From contig JAVBMP010000031.1 of NCBI GenBank assembly GCA_031552315.1, positions 14,548-78,547 on the forward strand: a stretch of DNA of 64,000 nucleotides. Direction: 5' to 3'. This DNA is from Desulfovibrionaceae bacterium. Lineage in GTDB: Bacteria; Desulfobacterota; Desulfovibrionia; Desulfovibrionales; Desulfovibrionaceae. The notes beneath the pieces are model-generated. The model saw only the letters and a program-made list of their open reading frames with translations. It had not been told where the DNA came from and ran no database searches. A program made the position numbers and the translations under genes. Of the stretch, positions 28,026 through 36,762 are shown piece by piece. Position 1 is the stretch's first letter. Each line of letters starts with the position of its first letter.

Positions 28026-28940
28026 ATGCGTCTTGTTACTCGTTCGGACTTTGACGGGTTGGCCTGTGGGGTGTTGCTTAAGCATATAGGGGTAATAGAC
28101 AGCTTCAAGTTCGTTCATCCCAAAGATATGCAAGACGGTGTCGTTGAAATAACTGAAAACGACGTGCTGGCCAACGTGCCCTACGTTGAAGGCTGCGGCA
28201 TGTGGTTTGACCACCACGCCAGCGAGCTGGAACGCCTGGGCAACAAAGACGTGCCCGGCGCGGTGAAAATGTACCCCAGCTGCGCCCGCGTTATATGGGA
28301 ATACTACGGCGGCAATGAAAAGTTCGGCCCCCAGCTTGACGAGCTTATGGCCGCGGTTGACAAGGTGGATAGCGGCAGCCTTTCGCGTGAAGACGTGCTT
28401 GACCCTTCCGGCTGGGTTCTGCTGGGTTTTATAATGGACCCGCGCACCGGCCTTGGCCGTTACCGTGACTACCGCATAAGCAACTACCAGCTTATGGAAG
28501 AACTGATAGACTACTGCGCCACCAAAAATGTTGACGAAATTCTCGCCTTGCCGGATGTGGCGGAACGCACCAAACGGTATTTTGAGCAAGAAAATGAATT
28601 TCAGGCCATGCTGAAAAAATGCTCCACCCAGCACGGCAATGTTGTGCTTATTGACCTGCGCGACCAGGAAGAAATTCTTTCCGGCAACCGCTTTACGGTT
28701 TACAGCATGTTCCCGGACTGCAACGTCAGCGCCCAGGTCATATGGGGGCTTAAAAAGCAGAACGTTGTGGTAACAGTCGGGCATTCCATTCTTAACCGCA
28801 GCTGCCGCAGCGATGTGGGCAAACTTATGCTGAAACACGGGGGCGGCGGCCACCAGCGCGTGGGCACCTGCCAGATTCCCACAGAAAATGCTGAAGCGAT
28901 AATTAAAGAAATTGTGGATGCCCTGCGCGAAGCGAATTAA
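28026..28940 (+). CDS. DHH-family phosphoesterase (exopolyphosphatase-related)
   Basis: MRLVTRSDFDGLACGVLL (DxD motif) and GMWFDHHAS (DHH motif). AGGAG precedes the ATG. Confidence 0.8.
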   Translation: MRLVTRSDFDGLACGVLLKHIGVIDSFKFVHPKDMQDGVVEITENDVLANVPYVEGCGMWFDHHASELERLGNKDVPGAVKMYPSCARVIWEYYGGNEKFGPQLDELMAAVDKVDSGSLSREDVLDPSGWVLLGFIMDPRTGLGRYRDYRISNYQLMEELIDYCATKNVDEILALPDVAERTKRYFEQENEFQAMLKKCSTQHGNVVLIDLRDQEEILSGNRFTVYSMFPDCNVSAQVIWGLKKQNVVVTVGHSILNRSCRSDVGKLMLKHGGGGHQRVGTCQIPTENAEAIIKEIVDALREAN

Positions 28941-28962
28941 CGCGCAAGCAAAATCCATATTT

Positions 28963-29007
28963 CGCAGGCGGGCGTCCGGTAACGGGTTGCCCGCCTGCGG
29001 TTTTTTT
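28963..29007 (+). terminator. Intrinsic terminator of the DHH gene
   Basis: 11-bp stem cgcaggcgggc / gcccgcctgcg followed by T7. Confidence 0.8.
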
Positions 29008-29187
29008 GGGGCAAGGGTTGCTTTGGGCCGGGCGGGCCTCCTCAAACGAGGCCGTTGCGCAACAGCCTCAAATAGCAGTTGCCGCCAGACGTAATGCTTG
29101 ATAAGAAAAGACAGGTTCAGACAATCAGGCCATACAGGTACAAGCTGGCAGCTACAAGCGGCAGGCGCAAGCAGGCAGGAGCAAGCC

Positions 29188-30768
29188 ATGAACAGTAAAA
29201 AGCTTAAAAGCGGGCAGGCGGAAGAAACCGGCGCGGCAAGGCAGCGCAAGCGGATCATACCGTTTTCCATAGCCTTTGCCGGTAATGGGCATTTACTGAA
29301 CAACGCGGCCCGGGTTGTTTACAGCAAGGATTTTGCGGATGCCTTCCCCGAAGTGCGGGTAGTGGCCCGCGTTGCCCCGGAACCGGATGAAAAAAAACAG
29401 CTTTTGTCCGCCTTGCGTTCCGTCCCGCGCTATGCCACGCCTGAAGAAATGTTTGCCGCGCACCCGGAAATAGAACTGGTGCTGAACACCACCCGTAACG
29501 CGGATGATATAGCCCGCCTGCAAGCCTGTGCTCCGCCCTGGGTTTCCGTCATCAAGGCCAGCGGCACGCACTTTTTCATCAAGGCGGCCAGCAACGGCAC
29601 CGTGGTTCTGGGCGGGGGCAACCGTCTGTTGCGGGCCCGCCTTTCCTTTGCCGCGCTTATTGACCAGCTTGATGAAGACGTGCTGGTGCTGGACGCCAAA
29701 GGCAAACTGCAACAGGCCAACAAGCATTTTTTGGAAAACTCCGGCCATTGGCTGGGCGACAATATTGACGGCAAGGAACTGGGCTGCCTTGAAGCCCTGC
29801 AACGCTGCTGCGGGGTGGACAAGGACAAGGCCTGCCAGTGGCGGGCCGAAGGTTTGCGCAGCCGCCGTTATAGCGAGGTCTACACCCAGGTTACCCCGGA
29901 AGGGCAGATGCGCTATTTCCGCATGCTGATGGTGCCCTTGCTGGGTGAACGGGGTGAAAAGCGGGCGCTTTTCATGCGGCGCGATATAACAGAGCAGGTG
30001 AATATTGAACAGCGCTTGCAGCAAAGTGAAAAAATGGCGGCCATAGGCGACCTTTCCACCTACATTGCCCATGAAATACGCAACCCCCTTTTTGCCATAG
30101 GCGGCTTTGCCAACGCCCTGTTGCGTTCGCCTTCTCTGGATGAGGCCGCGCAGGAAAAGGCGCGCATCATACTGGAAGAATCGCAGCGGCTGGATGGAAT
30201 TTTAAAAAGCATCATCAACTTTGCCCGCCCCACAGACAGCAGCGTGGGTGAAGTGGACGCCGGGCTGGTTTTGCGCCAAACAACGGACCTTATGAGCATA
30301 GCCGATGCGGAACGCGGCATAAAAACCGTGCTGGACGTGGCCCCCAACCTGCCTTTGGCGCGTGGCAACCTGGATCAGATCAAGCAATGCCTTATAAATT
30401 TGGTGAAAAATTCGCAAGAGGCCATGCCAAAAGGCGGCTCTTTGATATTGCGGGCCTTTATGAAAAATAATATGGTCTGCCTGGCTGTGGAAGATACCGG
30501 AGAAGGCATACCGTATGAGGTGCAGAAGCAGCTTTTCAGCCCGTTTTTCAGCACCAAAAGCAAGGGCGCGGGGCTTGGCCTGGCCATGACCAAAAAAATT
30601 GTGGAAGAAATTGGCGGCAAGGTCAACCTGGTAAGTGAACCGGGCAAGGGCACCACCATTACCTTGTCGCTGGTGCCGGTGCTGGCCGTGCCGCCCGGCG
30701 AACTGAGCATAAAAGACACGCCCGAAGGGGCGGAATATATTGTAACGCGGCAAAAAAGCAAAATTTAG
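29188..30768 (+). CDS. Cytoplasmic sensor histidine kinase (Rossmann-like N-domain, PAS, HisKA, HATPase_c)
   Basis: H-box STYIAHEIRNPLFAIGGFA, N-box LINLVKNSQEAM, G-boxes EDTGEGI and GAGLGLAM. No TM segment. AGGAG lies 6 nt before the ATG at 29188. Confidence 0.88.
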   Translation: MNSKKLKSGQAEETGAARQRKRIIPFSIAFAGNGHLLNNAARVVYSKDFADAFPEVRVVARVAPEPDEKKQLLSALRSVPRYATPEEMFAAHPEIELVLNTTRNADDIARLQACAPPWVSVIKASGTHFFIKAASNGTVVLGGGNRLLRARLSFAALIDQLDEDVLVLDAKGKLQQANKHFLENSGHWLGDNIDGKELGCLEALQRCCGVDKDKACQWRAEGLRSRRYSEVYTQVTPEGQMRYFRMLMVPLLGERGEKRALFMRRDITEQVNIEQRLQQSEKMAAIGDLSTYIAHEIRNPLFAIGGFANALLRSPSLDEAAQEKARIILEESQRLDGILKSIINFARPTDSSVGEVDAGLVLRQTTDLMSIADAERGIKTVLDVAPNLPLARGNLDQIKQCLINLVKNSQEAMPKGGSLILRAFMKNNMVCLAVEDTGEGIPYEVQKQLFSPFFSTKSKGAGLGLAMTKKIVEEIGGKVNLVSEPGKGTTITLSLVPVLAVPPGELSIKDTPEGAEYIVTRQKSKI

Positions 30769-30856
30769 GCCTGTTTTTTAACCAGGCAGTGTTGTCATGA
30801 GGTGCCTTTATACATGCTCATAACAACACTGCCTACAACAGCAAGGTCAGGTAGGC

Positions 30857-31003
30857 ATGTCGGACCCCAAATCAAAAAAAATGCTTATTTTTGGTATATT
30901 CTTTTTCTTTTTTATGACCACAATGGCTATTGTCGGGGTTTACACCGACAGCCCGCTGGATAACCCGGCCCTTGGCGATGTGGCCGGTAAAAACCTTTGG
31001 TGA
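30857..31003 (+). CDS. Possible 48-aa small membrane protein
   Basis: My translation is MSDPKSKKMLIFGIFFFFFMTTMAIVGVYTDSPLDNPALGDVAGKNLW, with a single hydrophobic helix. It is below the ORF-track size cut-off and has no homology support. Confidence 0.3.
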   Translation: MSDPKSKKMLIFGIFFFFFMTTMAIVGVYTDSPLDNPALGDVAGKNLW

Positions 31004-31051
31004 CTAGCCGGTTTTTAAAAACCAGGCTTTTTGGATAGCAGGAGCAAAAAG

Positions 31052-32800
31052 ATGAAAGTACGCAAACTGGCGGGGCTTGCAGGCGCGGCAATGCTTTTTT
31101 TGGCCGCCCTTGCGCCAATGGGCCTGGCCGCGGACAATAATGTTTTGTATTATTTGATAGAAATGCAACGCCAGCGCGGCGGGCAGTGCAACGGGGCAAC
31201 CCTGCCCCCGGCCCCCAGCCTTGTGCCTTCCGACAAACTTAGCGAAATAGCCTGGCGGCATGGGGCCAACCAGACCCCGGTGCCGGAACTGCTGGCCGCC
31301 AACAACATTTCTTATTCATCCCTGTTGGTGCTGCACACCCCGGATGCCCCCCCCGCAGACGCGGTAAACGCGCTGAAAAGCATGGCCTGTGAAGAACTTT
31401 TGGGCGGCCCATATACCCAGATAGGCGCGGAAAAGGCCAATGGCTACTGGTGGCTGGTTATGCTGGCCCCCGCGCAAAAAGGCCAGGTTGTACTGGGGGG
31501 CGGTTCCGCCCAGTACACTGAACCGGGCGCGCAAAACCCGGCCCAGCCCGGCCAGGCTGGGCAAGTGGGCCAAGCTGGTCAGCCTGGCCAGCCCGGCCAA
31601 GCTGGGCAACCGGGGCAACCGGGACAACCGGGCCAATCCAACAGTATGTCCTATGGCGGGTTGGGCGGGCAGCCCCAAATTCCGCAAGCGCAAACATCCC
31701 AGCCTTTGCCGGGCGTTGTCCCCATTCAGCCGGGCCAGGTCATAAGCCGGGTGGAAGATAAAGGACAGGCCGGCGCGCAGCTTAGCGGCAGCAATTACAA
31801 CAACCCGCAAAATTATGACCCCAACTTTACCCCGCTGCCGGCCCAGAATATTCAGGTAGAGGCGGAACGCTATGAGGCCCCGGGCCTGTCCGCAGGCGCA
31901 GCAACATCCGGGGTGGATTCCGGCCAGCCCGGCCAATCCGGAGGCCAACCCGGCCAGCCCGGCCAACCCGGAGGCCAGACTGGCGGCCAGGCGCTTCCTT
32001 ATGGGCCGTCTACTCAATCCGGCCAACCCGGCCAACCCGGCCAGTCCGGCCAGCCGATGCAGCCCGGCCAGCCAAGCCCGGCCGCGCCCGGCGGCAATGT
32101 GCCGCGTTATGAAATTGCCCCCGGCGGGCGGCAGGTTCCGCTTGCCTACAACATAGGCAACGCTGCCGGGGGTGCCCAGCCCGCGCTTCAGCCCGGCATG
32201 CAACCCGGTTCCGCCCCGGCCAATCCGGTTCCGCCCAATGCCGCGCAGGGGCAGCGCCCCACGTCCGGCAACGCGGTATTTTTGAACAGCCCCGGCGCGT
32301 CATCCGGCACTTTTCCCGGCGCTTCCCCCAGCGGCGCGGTGGCCCCGCAGGCCATAACCCTTCAGGGAGAGCCGCAAAAAATGCTTGGCGCTATCAATAA
32401 AATACGCGGGCAAGGCCGCATTTGTGACGGCCTGCAACTGCCCCCGGCCTCTGCCCTTCAGGCGGAACAAACCCTTACCCGGACGGCCACGGCCCATTCG
32501 GTGGACATGCAGGCCAACCGCTACCTTTCCGCCACCGGGCAGGATGGCCGCAACATGGGGCAAAAACTGCGTGATTCCGGGTACATGTGGGGGAATATCT
32601 CCACCCTGCTGACCCAGGGGGCGCGTTCACCGGAAGAAGCTTTGGATGCCTGGCTGGAAAAGCCGGTGAACTGCCAAAGCCTGCTCAACCCGGAGTTTCA
32701 GGATGTGGGCATAGGCTACGCGCCGGAACAGAAATATTGGACAGTCATCCTCTCTTCCCGGCCGGAATCCGGCGAAGGCATATATATTTATAAGGAATAG
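31052..32800 (+). CDS. Secreted protein with two CAP/SCP (YkwD-like) domains separated by a long Gly/Pro/Gln-rich region
   Basis: Signal peptide MKVRKLAGLAGAAMLFLAALAPMGLAA. C-terminal CAP pattern ATAHSVDMQANRYLSATGQDG...EFQDVGIGYAPEQKYWTVILS. The N-terminal module ends GYWWLVMLA. AGGAG lies 7 nt before the ATG. Confidence 0.75.
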   Translation: MKVRKLAGLAGAAMLFLAALAPMGLAADNNVLYYLIEMQRQRGGQCNGATLPPAPSLVPSDKLSEIAWRHGANQTPVPELLAANNISYSSLLVLHTPDAPPADAVNALKSMACEELLGGPYTQIGAEKANGYWWLVMLAPAQKGQVVLGGGSAQYTEPGAQNPAQPGQAGQVGQAGQPGQPGQAGQPGQPGQPGQSNSMSYGGLGGQPQIPQAQTSQPLPGVVPIQPGQVISRVEDKGQAGAQLSGSNYNNPQNYDPNFTPLPAQNIQVEAERYEAPGLSAGAATSGVDSGQPGQSGGQPGQPGQPGGQTGGQALPYGPSTQSGQPGQPGQSGQPMQPGQPSPAAPGGNVPRYEIAPGGRQVPLAYNIGNAAGGAQPALQPGMQPGSAPANPVPPNAAQGQRPTSGNAVFLNSPGASSGTFPGASPSGAVAPQAITLQGEPQKMLGAINKIRGQGRICDGLQLPPASALQAEQTLTRTATAHSVDMQANRYLSATGQDGRNMGQKLRDSGYMWGNISTLLTQGARSPEEALDAWLEKPVNCQSLLNPEFQDVGIGYAPEQKYWTVILSSRPESGEGIYIYKE

Positions 32801-32801
32801 C

Positions 32802-33308
32802 ATGAACCGCAAACCCGCGCCCAAAAGCGCGCGTTCCCTGCGCGTCTGTAGCGCCTCCGAGGCGTTGCGCGACTTTTTTGCCGCGCGTCCGGGGGCGGAA
32901 ACCCGCATGGCCCTTGTGAAGCTTTGGCAGCACTGGGACATGGTGATGGGCGAGGAAATAACCCCGCTGGCCCGCCCGCTTGGCGAACGGGCCGGCACCC
33001 TGCTTGTGGGCGCGGAAGATAACATGGAACTGCAGGAATTGACCTTTTACGGGCCGGAAATGCTGGAAAGGGCCAATTCTTTCATGGGCTGGCCGCATTT
33101 TGCCGGTTTGCGGCTGGAACTTTTGCAGGGGCGCATACCGCTTTACCCGCCCAGACCGGCCGGGCAGTTGCCGTCCCCGCCCCCCAAAGAGGCCTGGACA
33201 AGGCCGGAAGGCTTCGGGCGGCTTTTGGAATTGGGCGTGCTGGATGCCGATTCCCCGGCGGGCCGCTGCTATGCGGCTTTTTTGGCCGCGCATGAAGCCC
33301 GCCCCTGA
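32802..33308 (+). CDS. DUF721 / DciA-like protein
   Basis: LVKLWQHWDMVMGEEITPLARPLGERAGTLLVGAEDNMELQELTFYGPEMLERAN is typical of DUF721. Confidence 0.75.
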   Translation: MNRKPAPKSARSLRVCSASEALRDFFAARPGAETRMALVKLWQHWDMVMGEEITPLARPLGERAGTLLVGAEDNMELQELTFYGPEMLERANSFMGWPHFAGLRLELLQGRIPLYPPRPAGQLPSPPPKEAWTRPEGFGRLLELGVLDADSPAGRCYAAFLAAHEARP

Positions 33309-33462
33309 GGTTTGTCCCCTGCCGGTTTGACCCCTGAGGTTTGGCCCTTGAGGTTCGCCCCCTGAGCTTCGCCCGGAAGCCAGTCCCCGAGTTGGGGTTC
33401 AGAACTCCGGGCCAGAACTCCGGTTCAGAACTCTGGCCAAAACTCTGGCCAGAAGCCAGTGG
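33302..33462. repeat. Two adjacent degenerate tandem arrays (about 14-bp x5, then 13-bp x5)
   Basis: cccctgaggtttg-type units span 33302-33373. (t/c)cagaactc(c/t)gg units span 33398-33462. Confidence 0.8.
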
Positions 33463-33544
33463 AGGCCGTTACATGCAAGCGGCACCCGGCATAGCCGGAG
33501 CAAATTTTTCAAACTTTGTCAAAATGCCATAAAAGGAGAAAATA

Positions 33545-33898
33545 ATGTCCGCAAAGCAGGCGTTTAAAGAATGGATACAGGAACAGCGCGATGCGGTTGC
33601 CGCGTATGAAAATAAGGCCGCCCAAGCCCTGGAAAAGGCGGATCCCGTGGAATACCGCGAACAGATGCGCCTGAAGGCCGAACTTCTGGCCGCGTTGCTT
33701 GAAAATGGCGAAAGCCGCCTTGGCGCAATGCCGGAAGCCGAAGCCGCCCCCCTGCGCAGCCGTTTGCGCCGTTTTGCAGCCAGCGCCTCCAACGCCCTGC
33801 GTCTGGGTTCCGTCTTCTACATGTCCGCCCTGCTTTACCCGGAAGACCACCAGCCGGGGCAACCCAATGACCTTGATGTCTGGCTGGCCGAGCTGTAG
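33545..33898 (+). CDS. Hypothetical protein
   Basis: 117 aa. A strong AAGGAG lies 8 nt upstream and composition is coding-like. I recognise no family. Confidence 0.6.
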   Translation: MSAKQAFKEWIQEQRDAVAAYENKAAQALEKADPVEYREQMRLKAELLAALLENGESRLGAMPEAEAAPLRSRLRRFAASASNALRLGSVFYMSALLYPEDHQPGQPNDLDVWLAEL

Positions 33899-33900
33899 GG

Positions 33901-33971
33901 CCTGTCAACACAACGGCCCTTTTGCCCTCTGGCCTGCGTCAGAAAACAAAATGGCTCATTGTGTCAACAGG
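33901..33971. mobile_element. Short copy of the small palindromic element family (see 22503 and 42563)
   Basis: A 51-bp insert, caacggcccttttgccctctggcctgcgtcagaaaacaaaatggctcattg, is flanked by tgtcaaca at 33903 and 33962. Confidence 0.5.
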
Positions 33972-34015
33972 CCCTAAAGTGGTTTACGCTTATTTCAATT
34001 ATGGAGAGTTGCGAC

Positions 34016-34774
34016 ATGAATGAGGGCTTGCGGGTAATTTTGGTGGAGCCGCGCTTTCCAGAAAATATCGGTATGGCCGCAAGGGCCTGCGCCAACATGG
34101 GCGTAAGCGAACTGGCGCTGGTAAAGCCGGAACGCTTTGACCTGCCCAAGGCCCTGCCCCTGGCCACAGCGCAGGGCGCGGCCATTTTGGAAAAGGCCCT
34201 GATTTTTGATGCCCTGCCGGAGGCCCTGGCCGGGCTGAACCTGGCCGTGGGCGCAACAGCCCGCACCGGCGGGCGGCGGCGTGAACTGCTAAACCCGGAA
34301 GGCGCGGCGGCTGAAGTGGCCGGGGTAATCAGTTCCGGCGGGCGGGCCGCGCTGGTCTTCGGGCCGGAAGACCGCGGCCTTTCCAATGAACATACAGACC
34401 TTTGCACCCGGCTGGTCACCATACCTACGGCCCAGGGCGGCCATTCGCTAAATTTGGCCCAGGCGGTGCTGCTTCTGCTTTATGAATGCTTCAAACTGGG
34501 CGGCGATGCCGGAAAAAGCCGGGAAAACCCCCGCCGGGGCAAAAGCGGGGCCGGTTCACGCCCCGCCACTCTGGAAGAGGAAAATCTGGTTTTTCAGCGC
34601 CTTGAACAAAGCCTGCAACTTATAGAGGCCATCCCGGCGGAAAACCCGGAATGGTTCATGCAGCCCTTGCGCCGGTACTTGCGGCGCAGCCGTTTGCGGC
34701 GGCATGAATTTGATTTTTTGATGGGCGTCTGCCGGCAAATAAACCTTAAGTGCCGTGGGCGGAACGCGGAATGA
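34016..34774 (+). CDS. SpoU/TrmJ-type tRNA/rRNA 2'-O-methyltransferase
   Basis: LRVILVEPRFPENIGMAARACANMG and HSLNLAQAVLLLLYE (SPOUT motifs). GGAGAG lies 7 nt before the ATG at 34016. Confidence 0.85.
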   Translation: MNEGLRVILVEPRFPENIGMAARACANMGVSELALVKPERFDLPKALPLATAQGAAILEKALIFDALPEALAGLNLAVGATARTGGRRRELLNPEGAAAEVAGVISSGGRAALVFGPEDRGLSNEHTDLCTRLVTIPTAQGGHSLNLAQAVLLLLYECFKLGGDAGKSRENPRRGKSGAGSRPATLEEENLVFQRLEQSLQLIEAIPAENPEWFMQPLRRYLRRSRLRRHEFDFLMGVCRQINLKCRGRNAE

Positions 34775-35718
34775 GCGCCGCAAAGCTTCCCGGCCCCGGC
34801 CCCGGCGGTCCCTGTTCCAGCGGCCCCAGCGGCCCCGGCGGTCCCTGTTCCAGCGGCCCCGGCCCCAGCGGCGCTGGCCCGGCTTCCGGCTGCGCGCCCG
34901 GTTGTGCTTCTGGTTGTGCGTCCGGTTCCGTGGCTGGCCTTGCGCCAATGGACGAGCAGGCGCTTTGTCAGCGTTTTGACAAGGTGCTGGCCCGCATTGC
35001 CCAGGCGGCGGAAAAGGCCGGGCGCAACCCGAAGGAAATAGGCCTGGTGGCGGTTTCCAAGTTCCACCCGGCCGCGGCCGTGGCAGCCCTTGCCCGGCAC
35101 TGGCAAAACAGGGCGGCAAATGAAGGCCTGCCCCGCCCCTGTTTTGGGGAAAATTATTTGCAGGAAGCTGTGGAAAAACAGGCCGAAGTGGCCGCCCTGC
35201 TGGCGGCGCAAGGCTGCGCCCACCTGCCGGAATGGCATTTTACCGGGCATTTGCAGTCCAACAAGGCCAAAGCCCTTACCGGGCGCTTCAGCCTGCTGCA
35301 CACGCTGGATTCTGAAAAACTGGCGCGTATCTTGCATAAAAATCAGGTGGAATGGTGCGTGGGGCAGCCCCTGCCAGTGCCATTTCCTGTGCTTATTCAG
35401 GTGAATATAGGCGATGAAGGGCAAAAATCCGGGGTAAACCCCGCCGCGTTGCCGTCCTTGGCGCGCGCGGTAATGCAGCTGCCGGGGCTGGAATTGCGCG
35501 GCCTGATGTGCCTGCCCCCGGACGCCGGGGAAGCGGAGGCCGTACGCCCGTACTTCGCGGCCCTGCGCCGCTTGCGTGATGATTTGCAGCAGGCGCTTGG
35601 CCTTGCCCTGCCCTGCCTTTCCATGGGCATGTCCGGCGATTTGGAAACCGCCGTTCAGGAAGGTTCCACCCTTTTGCGGGTGGGCACGGATATTTTTGGG
35701 CCGCGCCCTGTCCTGTAA
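34771..35718 (+). CDS. yggS: YggS-family pyridoxal-phosphate homeostasis protein with a repeat-rich N-terminal extension
   Basis: LVAVSKFHP (PLP lysine), HFTGHLQSNK and LSMGMSGDLETAVQEGSTLLRVGTDIFG. The ATG at 34771 overlaps the trmJ-like stop (ATGA). An alternative ATG is at 34948. Confidence 0.88.
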   Translation: MSAAKLPGPGPGGPCSSGPSGPGGPCSSGPGPSGAGPASGCAPGCASGCASGSVAGLAPMDEQALCQRFDKVLARIAQAAEKAGRNPKEIGLVAVSKFHPAAAVAALARHWQNRAANEGLPRPCFGENYLQEAVEKQAEVAALLAAQGCAHLPEWHFTGHLQSNKAKALTGRFSLLHTLDSEKLARILHKNQVEWCVGQPLPVPFPVLIQVNIGDEGQKSGVNPAALPSLARAVMQLPGLELRGLMCLPPDAGEAEAVRPYFAALRRLRDDLQQALGLALPCLSMGMSGDLETAVQEGSTLLRVGTDIFGPRPVL

Positions 35719-35744
35719 GGCCGCCCGGTAAAGTGGCGCGGCAA

Positions 35745-35884
35745 GGAGCATTTTGTCATTGAAATTATCTATCCGGATAAAATGCTCTGGCGTTGTGAAG
35801 CGAAGCGCAACAACGCCCGCGAGATTGTCGTAGGCGGGCTTTGCCCGCCGTTAAGCGACAATCTCAAAGCGAGAATGTTAGTAG
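35745..35884. repeat. Diverged copy of the ~127-bp MITE-like element
   Basis: Ends and the inner hairpin align with copy 47958-84. gcgggctttgcccgc replaces gcgagctttgctcgc. Confidence 0.7.
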
Positions 35885-35959
35885 TGCCTTCTTGAAACCG
35901 AATTATAAAAATGCTCCGCTTTTTGTACTATAATGCCATGTTTTTGTTGAGGTGAGTTT

Positions 35960-36715
35960 ATGGATTTGGCAACAATTCTGGGTTTGCTGGTCTCCTTTGG
36001 CCTTGTGGGCGTGGCTTTGGGCAGCTCTGTGCTGGATTTTATAGACCCGCCTTCCATGCTCATTGTTTTCGGCGGCACGCTGGGGGCCACCCTTACCCAT
36101 TACCCCATGGGCACAGTGCTGAAAACCGGCAAGTTCATAAGCAAGACCCTTACCGGCAAAAGCCCGGACAGCAACATAATAATCGACCAGTTTCTGGATT
36201 ACGCCAACCGGGCGCGGCGCGAAGGCATACTGGCGCTGGAATCCGTGGTGAAGGGGCTGGACAACGCCTACCTGCGCAAAGGTTTGCAACTTACGGTGGA
36301 CGGTATGGAACCGGCTGTGGTGCAAAGCATTATGGAAGCGGAAATAGGCAGCATGGAAAGCCGCCATGAAACGGGCATAGACCTGGTTTCCGCCCTGGCG
36401 GCCTACGCCCCGGCCCTGGGCATGATAGGCACGGTTATAGGCCTTGTGCAAATGCTCAAGACCATGGACGACCCTTCCAGCATTGGCCCGGCCATGGCCG
36501 TGGCCCTTATAACCACGTTTTACGGCGCGGTGCTGGCCAACCTTGTTTTTTTGCCCATGGTGGGCAAGCTCAAGGCCCGTTCCAAAGAAGAAATTTTGAT
36601 TATGGAAATGCAAATGGAAGGGGTGCTGGGCATTGCCCGGGGTGAAAACCCCAGAATTATTCAAGAAAAGTTAAGCAGCTTTCAACCGCCGAAAATGCGC
36701 AAGGATTCTGATTAG
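35960..36715 (+). CDS. motA: Flagellar motor stator protein MotA/PomA
   Basis: 251 aa with four TM helices. APALGMIGTVIGLVQML and ITTFYGAVLANLVFLPM are present. Confidence 0.92.
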   Translation: MDLATILGLLVSFGLVGVALGSSVLDFIDPPSMLIVFGGTLGATLTHYPMGTVLKTGKFISKTLTGKSPDSNIIIDQFLDYANRARREGILALESVVKGLDNAYLRKGLQLTVDGMEPAVVQSIMEAEIGSMESRHETGIDLVSALAAYAPALGMIGTVIGLVQMLKTMDDPSSIGPAMAVALITTFYGAVLANLVFLPMVGKLKARSKEEILIMEMQMEGVLGIARGENPRIIQEKLSSFQPPKMRKDSD

Positions 36716-36762
36716 CTTGTGGCGGTTTGAGTACCAAAATGTTCTTGCGGCAGGGGTAGCGA

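Noticed and set aside
28014-29303. 429-aa ORF antisense to the DHH phosphoesterase gene
   Set aside because: This is a shadow ORF. Its product has no recognisable motifs and is rich in Ala, Phe and Val. The sense strand has DHH-family motifs, a strong SD and a textbook terminator.
31545-31640. Bona fide bacterial collagen triple-helix domain
   Set aside because: Only about ten uninterrupted G-X-Y triplets are present, and later GQP-rich stretches lose the register. That is too short to call a collagen domain without experimental data.
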